55,118 nucleotides of DNA from a virus (lineage: Duplodnaviria; Heunggongvirae; Uroviricota; Caudoviricetes). A program made the position numbers and the translations under genes. Location of the stretch: positions 1 to 55,118 of IMG/VR virus record IMGVR_UViG_2563366941_000007. One strand, written 5' to 3'. Below the pieces are notes generated by a model. The model saw only the letters and a program-made list of their open reading frames with translations, made no database searches and was not told the DNA's origin. Shown here one piece after another: positions 29,261-43,764 of the stretch. The stretch's first letter is position 1. Each line of letters begins with the position of its first letter.

Positions 29261-29536
29261 CTACACGAAAGCCTCAGAAAGCCATGCTAAGTGCTTGGGT
29301 TTGACATATCCCGGCGTAAATTCAGAGGTGGAGCCGCCACGGGAGCGGATAACCTCACCGGAAACAATCGGCGAAACGTACAGCGCCATGTTTACCAGTC
29401 CCGGAATTTGTGAGAGATAGACTTTCTCCGTAGTGAAGGGATAGCTCTCACGGAAAAAGAGACGCAGAAACAGCGGATCAAACTTAAATTTCTGCTCATT
29501 TGCCGCCAGCAGTTGGGCGGTTGTGTACATCGACAT
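29261..29536 (-). pseudogene. E: Major capsid protein E, N-terminal fragment (91 codons) fused to 9 element-derived codons
   Basis: MSMYTTAQLLAANEQKFKFDPLFLRLFFRESYPFTTEKVYLSQIPGLVNMALYVSPIVSGEVIRSRGGSTSEFTPGYVKPKH then LAWLSEAFV-stop. Confidence 0.9.
29292..29301. repeat. 10-bp direct-repeat core TGCTTGGGTT, right copy (element/E junction)
   Basis: Identical to 17685..17694. Confidence 0.8.
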
Positions 29537-29555
29537 AAAAAAATCCCGTAAAAAA

Positions 29556-29571
29556 AGCCGCACAGGCGGCC
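29556..29571 (-). other. GC hairpin with minus-strand T-run between D and E (terminator/attenuator-like)
   Basis: GCCGC-ACAG-GCGGC stem flanked by an A-run on the plus strand. Confidence 0.3.
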
Positions 29572-29591
29572 TTTAGTGATGAAGGGTAAAG

Positions 29592-29924
29592 TTAAACGAT
29601 GCTGATTGCCGTTCCGGCAAACGCGGTCCGTTTTTTCGTCTCGTCGCTGGCAGCCTCCGGCCAGAGCACATCCTCATAACGGAACGTGCCGGACTTGTAG
29701 AACGTCAGCGTGGTGCTGGTCTGGTCAGCAGCAACCGCAAGAATGCCAACGGCAGCACCGTCGGTGGTGCCATCCCACGCAACCAGCTTACGGGTGGAGG
29801 TGTCCAGCATCAGCGGGGTCATTGCAGGCGCTTTCGCACTCAATCCGCCGGGCGCGGTTGCGGTATGAGCCGGGTCACTGTTGCCCAGCGGCTGGTAATG
29901 GGTAAAGGTTTCTTTGCTCGTCAT
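29592..29924 (-). CDS. D: Head decoration protein D
   Basis: [27 protein letters not shown]... matches gpD (110 aa); true start two codons inside the ORF-track call. Confidence 0.95.
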   Translation of the reverse strand: MTSKETFTHYQPLGNSDPAHTATAPGGLSAKAPAMTPLMLDTSTRKLVAWDGTTDGAAVGILAVAADQTSTTLTFYKSGTFRYEDVLWPEAASDETKKRTAFAGTAISIV

Positions 29925-29933
29925 AAACATCCC

Positions 29934-31233
29934 TTACACTGGTGTGTTCAGCAAATCGTTAACGGCATCAGATGCCGGGTTACCTGCAGCCAGCGGTGCC
30001 GGTGCCCCCTGCATCAGACGATCCAGCGCAGTGTCACTGCGCGCCTGTGCACTCTGTGGTGCTGCAGCCAGAATGCGGCGGGCCGTTTCCACGGTCATAC
30101 CGGGGGTTTCTGCCAGCACGCGGGCCTGTTCTTCGCGTCCGTGAGCCTCCTCACAGTTGAGGATCCCCATAATGCGGCTGTTTTCTGCCGCAACCGCAGC
30201 GGTGATCTGCGCGTTCACGTCCGGCTGCGCCGCGCTGGCGTTTTCGCCCTCCGTCGCTGGCACCACGTCAGTAACGTCAGCCTGCGAAGCAGTGGCTGAA
30301 ACAGTTGTTGATTGAGTCTCTTTGGTCATTCGCCCTCCTGAGAGACGGGATTTACGCGCATCCAGTGCATCACGCATAACGGTGATCGCATCGGTGCTGT
30401 TGACAAGTTCATCAGCCAGTCCGGCATCAATGGCCTCCTGACCGCTGTACACTGCAGCCTCGGTATCCAGCACAGCCTGCACAGACAGGCCGGTATATGC
30501 CGACACCTTCTGCGCAAACATCCGGCGGGTTGCGTCCATCCGGGACTGCAGTGTCTCCCGGACGTCATCCGGAAGATGGCTGTAGGGGTTGCCATCCACC
30601 TTATGGCTGCCGCTGTAAATCAGCGTGATTTCCACGCCCTGTTTCTCCAGGGCAGCACCGTAATTACTGTGAGCCATCATGACGCCGATGGAGCCTGTCC
30701 GGGCGGTCTGCGTGACCAGACGCCGGGAGGCGGCGCTGGCAAGCAGCTGACCTGCACTGCAGTTCATGTCGTTGGCCAGCGCCCATACCGGCTTTATGTC
30801 ACGCACACGGGCGATGATGTCAGCGCAGTCAAATGCCCCTGCCACCATCCCGCCTGGCGTGTCCATATCGAGCAGAATGCCGTCCACCATCGGGTCGCTG
30901 GCAGCCTGTTGCAGACGGGCGATAATGCCGTTGTAACCGGTCATCCCCGAATACGGCTGCAGCGCCCGCGTCCGGCTGACCAGCGTGCCGGACACCGGCA
31001 GCACGGCGATGCCGTTCATGACCTGATAACTGCGGGCCTGTCGTGGTCAGTCATCATCAACGGATAACGCCAGCGCCGCGGGTGCCTCTCCGGCAGTCAG
31101 GCTGTCGCCGGACACCGCATCCGTCAGGCGGCTGATCCCAAGCTGGCCTGCAAGCGCACAAAAGAAAACCCGCGCATAGGCGGGTTCAAGCATCAGCGGC
31201 TCATTAAAGGCCATGCTGGCAATATGCGGGAGA

Positions 31234-31253
<20 letters not shown>
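29934..31253 (-). pseudogene. C: Head protease/scaffold C (with internal Nu3 frame), interrupted by an in-frame TGA
   Basis: N-terminal part (GTG start, VTAELRNLPHIASMAFNEPLM...) and the 361-aa C-terminal ORF are in the same frame, separated by a single TGA at 31044..31046. Confidence 0.75.
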
Positions 31254-34934
<3,681 letters not shown>

Positions 34935-34960
<26 letters not shown>

Positions 34961-35480
34961 TCAGCAACCCCGGTATCAGTTCATCCAGCGCGGCTGCTTT
35001 GTTCATGGCTTTGATGATATCCCGTTTCAGGAAATCAACATGTCGGTTTTCCAGTTCCGGAAAACGCCGCTGCACCGACAGGGGGATCCCGTCGAGAATA
35101 CTGGCAATTTCACCTGCGATCCGCGACAGCACGAAAGTACAGAATGCGGTTTCCACCACTTCAGCGGAGTCTCTGGCATTTTTCAGCTCCTGTGCGTCGG
35201 CCTGCGCACGCGTAAGTCGATGGCGTTCGTACTCAATAGTCCCTGGCTGGAGATCTGTCTCGCTGGCCTGCCGCAGTTCTTCAACTTCCCGGCGCAGCTT
35301 TTCGTTCTCAATTTCAGCATCCCTTTCGGCATACCATCTTATAACGGCGGCAGAGTCATAAAGCACCTCATTACCCTTGCCACCGCCTCGCAGAACGGGC
35401 ATTCCCTGTTCCTGCCAGTTCTGAATGGTACGGATACTCGCACCGAAAATGTCAGCCAACTGCTTTTTGTTGACTTCCAT
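34935..35480 (-). CDS. Nu1: Terminase small subunit Nu1
   Basis: 181-aa ORF MEVNKKQLADIFGASIRTIQNWQEQGMPVLRGGGKGNEVLYD... = gpNu1. Confidence 0.95.
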
Positions 35481-35720
35481 TGTTCATTCCACGGCCAAAA
35501 ACAGAGAAAGGAAACGACAGAGGCCCAAAAGCTCGTTTTCAGCACCTGTCGTTTCCTTTCTTTTCAGGGGGTATTTTAAATAAAAACATTAAGTTACGAC
35601 GAAGAAGAACGGAAATGCCTTAAACCGGAAAATTTTCATAAATAGCGAAAACCCGCGAGGTCGCCGCCCCGTAACCTGTCGGATCGCCGGAAAGGACCCG
35701 CAAAATGATAATAATTATCA
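35480..35720. other. cos: Prophage cos site (cosB R-sites/IHF site and cosN; cohesive-end 12-mer AGGTCGCCGCCC at 35667..35678 on the plus strand)
   Basis: Reverse complement of the lambda left-end sequence GGGCGGCGACCTCGCGGGTTTTCGCTATTTATGAAAATTTTCCGG..., directly upstream of Nu1. Confidence 0.9.
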
Positions 35721-35868
35721 TCTGCATGTCACAACGTGCATCTACGCCATCAAACCACGTCAAATAATCAATTATGACGCAGGTATCATATTAATTGATC
35801 TGCATCAACTTAACGTAAAAACAACTTCAGACAATACAAATCAGCGACACTGAATACGGGGCAACCTC

Positions 35869-36102
35869 ATGTCAACGAAGAACAGAACCCGCAGAACAAC
35901 AACCCGCAACATCCGCTTTCCTAACCAAATGATTGAACAAATTAACATCGCTCTTGAGCAAAAAGGGTCCGGGAATTTCTCAGCCTGGGTCATTGAAGCC
36001 TGCCGCCGGAGACTGTGCTCAGAAAAAAGAGTTTCTTCTGAAGCAAACAAAGAAAAGAGTGACATTACTGAATTGCTCAGAAAACAGGTCAGACCAGATT
36101 GA
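35869..36102 (+). CDS. Small RHH-like protein (YnfO-like, Qin-type prophage)
   Basis: 77-aa ORF MSTKNRTRRTTTRNIRFPNQMIEQINIALEQKGSGNFSAWVIEACRRRL... Confidence 0.6.
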   Translation: MSTKNRTRRTTTRNIRFPNQMIEQINIALEQKGSGNFSAWVIEACRRRLCSEKRVSSEANKEKSDITELLRKQVRPD

Positions 36103-36144
36103 AGCAATTTAGATAATCGTGCAGACTACGCCCCCTCATATCAC

Positions 36145-36570
36145 ATGGAAGGTTTATCTATGGATCAGGTAGTCATTTTTAAACAAATATTTGATAAAGT
36201 TCGAAACGATTTAAACTATCAATGGTTTTATTCTGAGCTAAAACGTCACAATGTCTCACATTACATTTACTATTTAGCCACAGAGAATGTTCATATTGTA
36301 TTAAAAAATGATAATACAGTGTTATTAAAGGGCCTAAAAAACATTGTGTCTGTCAAATTTTCAAAGGATAGGCATCTTATAGAAACGACCTCTAATAAGC
36401 TGAAATCCAGAGAGATCACATTTCAGGAATACAGAAGAAACCTTGCTAAAGCAGGAGTTTTTCGGTGGGTTACAAATATCCACGAACAAAAAAGATATTA
36501 CTATACCTTTGATAATTCATTACTATTTACTGAAAGCATCCAGAAAACTACACAGATCTTACCACGCTAA
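36145..36570 (+). CDS. DUF1398-family protein (YdfO/YbcV-like)
   Basis: 141-aa ORF ...[30 protein letters not shown]...; family recalled from Qin/DLP12 prophages. Confidence 0.6.
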
Positions 36571-36721
36571 ACCATAACGTCCGGCTTCTCTCACTCCTGA
36601 GCCGGACTGCATTGGTTTAATAAAAACCATCAACAATTGTGATTTAGATATTCGGAACCATTCAAATATAACAAAACCCCGTAAAAACGAGGTTTATGGA
36701 TAAATTTTATTATTGAATACA

Positions 36722-36895
36722 TCAGATTAAATTAATCTTGACATCATAGCTTTCAAGACCCGTCATTTTTTCCCGTGCGGTAAACTGAATACTGGTAACT
36801 TCTTTCCCGGTCTTTTTCTTAAGTTCAATAATTTTTTTTGTTATATATTCAGAAATATCTGCTTCTGCTTTTGTTTTTAAGTTTTCAATATTCAT
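36722..36895 (-). CDS. Gns-family small protein (GnsB-like)
   Basis: Short ORF (under the 60-aa track cutoff) MNIENLKTKAEADISEYITKKIIELKKKTGKEVTSIQFTAREKMTGLESYDVKINLI, preceded by AAGAGGAAA. Confidence 0.55.
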   Translation of the reverse strand: MNIENLKTKAEADISEYITKKIIELKKKTGKEVTSIQFTAREKMTGLESYDVKINLI

Positions 36896-37066
36896 CATTT
36901 CCTCTTTTAGTCTGTTATGACTTTCCAGTTACACAGTAAGTCGATTATATGGTGCAAACGTGTAAAAGATAAGATGAAACATCGCAATAATCAACATACG
37001 ATAGTCTAAATTTTACACAAACAGACAAAGAGAATTTTCCTGAATTATCAATGCAATAGCATCAAA

Positions 37067-37297
37067 TCAACTCAAGAGCCTTATTGCTGCTTCCAGAATT
37101 TCTTCTGAAGTAACATGTCGATCCGCGGCTACATAAATGACTTTATGATCTCCGGTCAGAGATGGAAACCCTGCGGCCATTACAGTAAGGTGTGTTTTTT
37201 CGCCATTTGGATATTCACGCATGATGGTGTTAACTCCAGTCATCGCTGGCACTACCACTGCTGGTTCAGAGTTAAAAAAAACTATGATTTTTTTCAT
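37067..37297 (-). CDS. Hypothetical small protein
   Basis: ORF MKKIIVFFNSEPAVVVPAMTGVNTIMREYPNGEKTHLTVMAAG...; start chosen at the internal Met. Confidence 0.4.
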   Translation of the reverse strand: MKKIIVFFNSEPAVVVPAMTGVNTIMREYPNGEKTHLTVMAAGFPSLTGDHKVIYVAADRHVTSEEILEAAIRLLS

Positions 37298-37568
37298 GAT
37301 GTTACCGTAGTATGTGAGTATCCATCGAATAGACACCAAGCAAAAAAGCTCCCGAAGGAGCCTTCATTTTCACTTTTTTAAATCCAACGACAGACGGCTG
37401 GCATTTAAGTATTGTGAAATATTATCAAATGTAATCATCATTGATTTACAAAAGATACATTTTGCCCCGAAAGGATTCATGTCAGAAACATCAAAAGATG
37501 ATGTTCTATACTGGGAACCATGACAACACGGGCATCTAAAGTGAATATGGTTTGTAATATTGTCTACC

Positions 37569-37781
37569 TCAAAGCGCCACTACATGAACAGCGGCAGGAC
37601 CTTTAGGTCCGTTCTCAATACCAAATTCAACTTCCTGATTCTCAGTTAATGTTTTGAAATCGTTGCTCTGAATTGCTGAGAAATGGACAAACACATCTTT
37701 GCTGCCATCTTTCGGCGTGATGAAACCAAAACCTTTTTCAGGGTTAAACCATTTCACTAAACCAGTCATTTTGTTAGACAT
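37569..37781 (-). CDS. cspI: Cold shock protein CspI-like
   Basis: 70-aa [45 protein letters not shown]... Confidence 0.85.
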   Translation of the reverse strand: MSNKMTGLVKWFNPEKGFGFITPKDGSKDVFVHFSAIQSNDFKTLTENQEVEFGIENGPKGPAAVHVVAL

Positions 37782-38143
37782 AATTATTACCTTTTGAAGA
37801 AATTAGCCCTTGGGCAGAATGGTCCGAAAAAAAATATCAGAGAGAAAAACCAACAAGGAAATCTCAAGAGGTACAAATAATAAAATTATAACAATGACTG
37901 CTTCAGATAAATTTGTAACAAACCAGAACACCATTAACGCATGATTAACCACCCATAGCAAGGATTACTTTTGTAAAGAAAAACACAGCAATGAAAGAAT
38001 AGCTTTATTTATTAATAAAACGTGTCATTCTGATTAAGACCTTTTATCTTACCCTTAAGATTTCAGGAATTTTGGCTCATGGAAGAGTCCTTTTTATTTA
38101 AATTTTACATTCCGCGATGTAAATGTTCCGATTTAATATTACC

Positions 38144-39167
<1,024 letters not shown>

Positions 39168-39171
<4 letters not shown>

Positions 39172-39479
39172 AGATATTTATGATGAGGACGCTCGTGCTT
39201 ATTGGCAGGATTTTCAATCTTAAAGGAGTACTGATGCTGCAGATAAGACTCAACTTTTTCTGACAATTTTTCTGCTACTTCCAGGAAGACTTGCCGGACG
39301 CTCCTTCTGGCTGCTGCCTCATAAAACTCCAGCGCAGCTCCTTCAACACGGTCCATGGCGACATCCAGGTCAAAAATTTCACCGTCAAAGCGTTCTTTGT
39401 CCTGTAAGGCTACAGTTACCGTAACTTTATTCTCAAAATTACGGACTCCTTTCACAACCAGTTCATAGTCTTGAGTCAT
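39168..39479 (-). CDS. ydfR: YdfR-like protein (between holin and endolysin)
   Basis: 103-aa ORF MTQDYELVVKGVRNFENKVTVTVALQDKERFDGEIFD... Confidence 0.7.
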
Positions 39480-39483
39480 TGGA

Positions 39484-39699
39484 TTACTCTCCTCTCGCAG
39501 CCTTACGCCTGTCTTCTTTAATCTTGAAATAAAGATTTGTCAGATACGTCAGCAGGCCAAAAACCAGGCTACCCAGCACACCGATTGCAGCCCACTGTGA
39601 CGGAGTTACTTTATCGAGTAACTGCAATGCCCAGAAACCAGCATTACCCGCCGATGTGCCATAGGCAACACCTGTTGTTAACTTATCCATTGATTTCAT
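39484..39699 (-). CDS. essQ: Holin, phage-21 S-type (class II; dual start)
   Basis: [71 protein letters not shown]. Confidence 0.85.
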   Translation of the reverse strand: MKSMDKLTTGVAYGTSAGNAGFWALQLLDKVTPSQWAAIGVLGSLVFGLLTYLTNLYFKIKEDRRKAARGE

Positions 39700-39918
39700 A
39701 TCCTCACCCCGATGTACACGGATGGTGCAATATGTTTGAAAAGATCGGAGTCTACGGGGTAGTTTTGACAGCACACGTTGTTCTCAACGGCGCTAAAAAA
39801 ACATACACATTAAAAATGTGGGTAATTATTTTGAAAGAAAGTCATATATAAAATAATAATACGAGAAATGTTTTCATATTTAGTGTACTGTATACGGCCA
39901 TTTATACAGGAAAAGCCT

Positions 39919-40089
39919 ATGTCAGAACGTAAAAACTCAAAATCACGCCGTAATTATCTCGTTAAATGTTCCTGCCCAAACTGCACCCAAGAGTCAGAAC
40001 ACAGTTTTTCAAGAGTACAAAAAGGTGCCCTTTTGATCTGCCCTCATTGCAACAAAGTATTCCAGACAAATCTTAAAGCTGTAGCCTGA
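39919..40089 (+). CDS. Small zinc-ribbon protein (YnfU-like)
   Basis: MSERKNSKSRRNYLVKCSCPNCTQESEHSFSRVQKGALLICPHCNKVFQTNLKAVA with CxxC...CxxC. Confidence 0.5.
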   Translation: MSERKNSKSRRNYLVKCSCPNCTQESEHSFSRVQKGALLICPHCNKVFQTNLKAVA

Positions 40090-40145
40090 TTGATTTTATT
40101 AGTAACAAGTATTTTTTATATTTTAATAATATATTTAAAGCAGAT

Positions 40146-40171
40146 AATAAAAAACCCGCCTGAGCGGGTTT
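40146..40171 (-). terminator. Rho-independent terminator downstream of cspB
   Basis: AACCCGCC-TGA-GCGGGTT hairpin with a minus-strand T-run. Confidence 0.6.
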
Positions 40172-40452
40172 GAGATTGTGGTGCTTTTTGTGGGAGTCAT
40201 CCACTTACGCACTTTGTTTTGCCATGCCAGCAGTTAGCTTCTGCTGTAAAACTATTCATGCAGCAAACCTGCACTTCACCACAATGGTTAGCATACTTTT
40301 CCTGATTAAGATTTTGCCAAATATGCTAGCCATTGTTTCATGTATTGGACCTCCTTACTTTTTATTAAAGAGATCCAATATTCACTACTCTGTCCGTATC
40401 TCTACTCAGGCATCAGCCTTCTTCGTTATCGTATACAGACGAGCGATGAATT

Positions 40453-40668
40453 TTAATCAGTAATGATGACATTTGCTGCTGCAGGACCTTTAGCACCACT
40501 CTCTATAGAGAAGGTAACCTTTTGACCTTCAAATAAGGTTCGATAATTATCATTCTGAATCGCAGAAAAATGCACAAACACATCTTTACTACCATCAACA
40601 GGAGAAATAAAGCCGAAACCTTTATCAGCGTTAAACCATTTTACTAAACCAGTCATTTTATTTGACAT
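40453..40668 (-). CDS. cspB: Cold shock protein CspB
   Basis: 71-aa [53 protein letters not shown]... Confidence 0.9.
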   Translation of the reverse strand: MSNKMTGLVKWFNADKGFGFISPVDGSKDVFVHFSAIQNDNYRTLFEGQKVTFSIESGAKGPAAANVIITD

Positions 40669-40968
40669 TCTACATTCCTTAACTTGAGCCTTTCGGCATA
40701 AATGGTTTGCATAACAGAAACGACTTCGTACTTAATTGGAGAGACTCAAAGAAGGAATAAGTGAATAACACCTGAAATGAGAACTGCTTTAGTAAACTAC
40801 TTCGTATATCGTCTGTTCTTCAAACCGACGCAATCATTAACGCATAGTTGAACATATGAAGCAATGTTTATTTTAGACATCCAGCCATCTTCAACCCCAT
40901 CAAAAAACTATAGCTTTCTTCAGGAACGTGTGTATAGTGCGCCAAGTTATCAGTATTAAGGAATTTTT

Positions 40969-41181
40969 TTGTCCCGTAAAATGACAGGAATTGTCAAAAC
41001 CTTTGACGGCAAAAGCGGCAAGGGTCTTATCACCCCATCCGATGGTCGTATCGATGTCCAGCTTCATGTTTCAGCGCTCAATCTCCGCGATGCAGAAGAA
41101 ATTACCACCGGATTACGCGTGGAATTTTGCCGGATAAATGGTCTGCGTGGCCCTTCAGCTGCCAATGTTTACCTTTCATGA
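40969..41181 (+). CDS. cspF: Cold shock-like protein (CspF/CspH type)
   Basis: 70-aa [53 protein letters not shown]... Confidence 0.75.
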
Positions 41182-41473
41182 GCTATATTAAAGCTTTAAT
41201 TTCAGGCCCCATCGGATCACACATGGAGAGTTTTTATGAATAACCCCGTCTGTCTTGATGACTGGTTGATTGGCTTTAAAAGCTTATGCTGTACTTTGGC
41301 CGTAATAGCTCTGCTAATAATATAATAAGCAGACTCATTGTGTTTAGGGACATTGTACTGGAAGAAAACATTTTAAACATCAGGCAAATAACCAAGTCAC
41401 CAGCTAAATAATAAGTTAACAGACATGAGTCCCGGGATGAGATTCAACATTACCATTGCCCCATTTAAAGCAC

Positions 41474-41508
41474 AAAACCCGCTCATCAGCGGGTTTTCTA
41501 CTTTTTCT
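41474..41508. terminator. Bidirectional rho-independent terminator between cspF and quuQ
   Basis: AAACCCGCTCATCAGCGGGTTTT hairpin with T-runs on both strands. Confidence 0.6.
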
Positions 41509-41602
41509 TAACGTCGGGTATACAAAGCCCATCGTTGAAAAAATTTTATCCATATTTTTTGAAAAATGCAAACATCATGTCGCCATCTTCAGCAAAAATC
41601 AT

Positions 41603-42355
41603 TTATCTCGTCACCTTCCTCAATTGCGCTTCCGCGTATGCTTCTTCCTGCCAGCACTTTGTTACCAGTTTACCAATGACGTCCGCATACCCCTTATACC
41701 ACTGATAATCGGTCAGGTCTGGTACCAGCTTCTGGACATGACGTCGTGCCAGCGTGGTCGGTAAACGACTAAACCGGTTTCCATTACAACGCCCACAAAT
41801 CTTATATACCGGTACGCCATGAAACCGGGTTCTTTTTTCATCCAGAACAATCCCTTTACCCTTACACCCTCTGCACGCTGTGCTGGCTTCGCCCTTACCA
41901 TGGCAATGCTGACATAGTTCCTTCACCCATTCTTCCTTGATTACAGATTCCCCGCGTCTGTAGTGTTTCACCACTTCGCGCAATACATTATAAAATCCCG
42001 TACCTGAACAATGCTCACAGCGAGCCTTACTTGCCGCAGACCTGGAGTAATCAGCAAAGGCAAAACTCACGAGGTAAGGAATAATCTGTAACCGGATTTC
42101 TTCACTCAATTTGTTCAATGTCGGGTTATCCAGTGCCATCGCGTAATTTAGCAGGCCTTCAATCGCAAACTGAGGGTCCTGAACACCAACTTTTGCCAGA
42201 AATAAGGCCAACCCAAGTGGTGCTTTCGACTGCACCATCCCCTGCGCTGCCATTACATCCGTAATTGTTAAACAACCGGTGCCTGTCGCTGGAGCGTCAT
42301 CGCTCAATTTTGGAGATTTTGGGGAGTAATATTTTGGTAAGGCTTCAAGGTTCAT
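41603..42355 (-). CDS. quuQ: Late-gene antiterminator Q (QuuQ type)
   Basis: MNLEALPKYYSPKSPKLSDDAPATGTGCLTITDVMAAQGM... with C-terminal Cys-rich zinc-binding region; start chosen at the internal Met. Confidence 0.85.
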   Translation of the reverse strand: MNLEALPKYYSPKSPKLSDDAPATGTGCLTITDVMAAQGMVQSKAPLGLALFLAKVGVQDPQFAIEGLLNYAMALDNPTLNKLSEEIRLQIIPYLVSFAFADYSRSAASKARCEHCSGTGFYNVLREVVKHYRRGESVIKEEWVKELCQHCHGKGEASTACRGCKGKGIVLDEKRTRFHGVPVYKICGRCNGNRFSRLPTTLARRHVQKLVPDLTDYQWYKGYADVIGKLVTKCWQEEAYAEAQLRKVTR

Positions 42356-42368
42356 GCTCGTTCTCCAC

Positions 42369-43457
42369 TTACGCCAGTACGCCAATTGTCAGCGCGCGAT
42401 CGATAAAACGAAATATCAGCTCCAGTTGGGAGCCATACTTATCTTCAAATGCCACTGTATCCGTATGCAGCTCGTTGTGATGCTTTCTGCACAAAGGCAA
42501 CACAAAGAGATCATGTGCTTTTGTTCCCATTCCGCCCTGCCCGTGACCAATCAGATGATGCGGATCGTCGGCTGGCATACCGCAGCAAGCACACGGCTGT
42601 GTCTTAACCCAACGTGTGTATTTCTCCTTAACCCAGCGGCGACGTTTAGGCAGCTTCATGAAAGATTCCGGAGACTCTGGATCAACGGTGATGCTTACCA
42701 CCGTCTTTTCCTGTGGTGATTTTTGTTGCTGGTGGGCGTAAGGCAACGGTGCAAGATTTTTTGTGCGTTGTTTCAATATGCTGGTGGCGGTCTGCTCTCC
42801 CGGTACGATGTCGCTTTCGCGGTACACCGAGCAGATTTTTTCCGCTGGTAATCCCAGCGAACGACGCGATACAGCCTCAGGTAGTGCATCCACCACCTGA
42901 TTGCAGACCGCCCACCAGGATAATTCAGCCAAAGATAATTCCCGCTCCTGCGTACCGCTTATTGCGTGACGGATGACGTCAATCACCCATGCTGTCAGAT
43001 TTTGTTGAGCAAGCAGCTCCAGTGATTCCGATGTCTGGTCACGCAGTTGGTTGTCGCAGTGCCAGCACAACACCATTGCGCCGGTACCATAACGGTGAAT
43101 GACTGTTTCAGTGTGATGGTAATCGCCATTAGGCCACTGGCAGGATGTAACATGACGTAATAGCCAGTCGGACAATGCGCCAACGCCGCCAGCAGCACGA
43201 ATCACCCGTTCGTTACTAAAAAACGGCAGCAATGTTTTGTCTTCCGCCAGCGGCTGGCGAACGGCAGGAACGACTCCGGATGGCAGATTACGCATGCTTT
43301 TTGGTTCCGGTTCCACCAGCACTCGAGGATTATGAAATATCTGTATGGATTCACGGCCCGGCTTAAGGACCACCAGCCCAAGCTCAGGCACCAGAACAGG
43401 TCTAAGTAATACCCGCACGTTACCTCCAGATCCGTTGCTGGAAAGTGCGGGACGCAC
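42369..43457 (-). CDS. ydfU: DUF968-family protein (YdfU-like); start uncertain
   Basis: ORF with C-terminal ...CACCGMPADDPHHLIGHGQGGMGTKAHDLFVLPLCRKHHNELH motif typical of the family; the first ATG overlaps the upstream ORF. Confidence 0.6.
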   Translation of the reverse strand: MRPALSSNGSGGNVRVLLRPVLVPELGLVVLKPGRESIQIFHNPRVLVEPEPKSMRNLPSGVVPAVRQPLAEDKTLLPFFSNERVIRAAGGVGALSDWLLRHVTSCQWPNGDYHHTETVIHRYGTGAMVLCWHCDNQLRDQTSESLELLAQQNLTAWVIDVIRHAISGTQERELSLAELSWWAVCNQVVDALPEAVSRRSLGLPAEKICSVYRESDIVPGEQTATSILKQRTKNLAPLPYAHQQQKSPQEKTVVSITVDPESPESFMKLPKRRRWVKEKYTRWVKTQPCACCGMPADDPHHLIGHGQGGMGTKAHDLFVLPLCRKHHNELHTDTVAFEDKYGSQLELIFRFIDRALTIGVLA

Positions 43458-43698
43458 GTGGTGGGCGTCCGGAATAAGGCAGCCTGACAGAGATTATCCA
43501 GTGCCGATAGTCGAGACTGAGAGCTTTCTTAACCTCGAACCCGCGCCTGCGGTAAGAATGAATCAGCCATTCGGCCTGTTCTGCAGTGCATGGAGGGTGC
43601 TGGAACCATTCAGACTTGAATGCGTGAGAATACCACCCGTGCGTGCAGGCAAGAACGGGCGAATTATCAGAATTGTAATATTTTGCGTTGCGTGCCAT
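43420..43698 (-). CDS. Hypothetical protein (92 aa)
   Basis: ORF MARNAKYYNSDNSPVLACTHGWYSHAFKSEWFQHPPCTAEQAEWLIHSYRRRGFEV... Confidence 0.45.
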   Translation of the reverse strand: MARNAKYYNSDNSPVLACTHGWYSHAFKSEWFQHPPCTAEQAEWLIHSYRRRGFEVKKALSLDYRHWIISVRLPYSGRPPRASRTFQQRIWR

Positions 43699-43764
43699 CG
43701 GTTTTCTCCGGTGGCACGGTGTTACTCAGCGGGAGTTCAGCCCCGCGCAAGATTGTAGATGAGT

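Larger units (their letters stand above)
17695..29301. mobile_element. Integrated ~11.6 kb phage-satellite-like element (PICI/P4-like) inserted in gene E
   Basis: Bounded by 10-bp direct repeats that split E; contains a P4-type tyrosine integrase and alpA at one end, SF3 helicase-type rep plus iteron ori, ssb, capsid homologs, a cos-like site and AT-rich cargo genes. Confidence 0.8.

Noticed and set aside
31044-31046. In-frame TGA codons in C, the transposase (47212..47214) and TAA in the methyltransferase, considered as programmed recoding (selenocysteine or read-through)
   Set aside because: No SECIS-like context; different stop codons in unrelated genes alongside a frameshift and IS insertions point to mutational decay, or possibly sequencing error, rather than recoding.
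40170-40463. 97-aa plus-strand ORF upstream of cspB
   Set aside because: Lies in the expected long 5' leader/terminator region of cspB on the opposite strand; hydrophobic low-complexity translation; no start signals.
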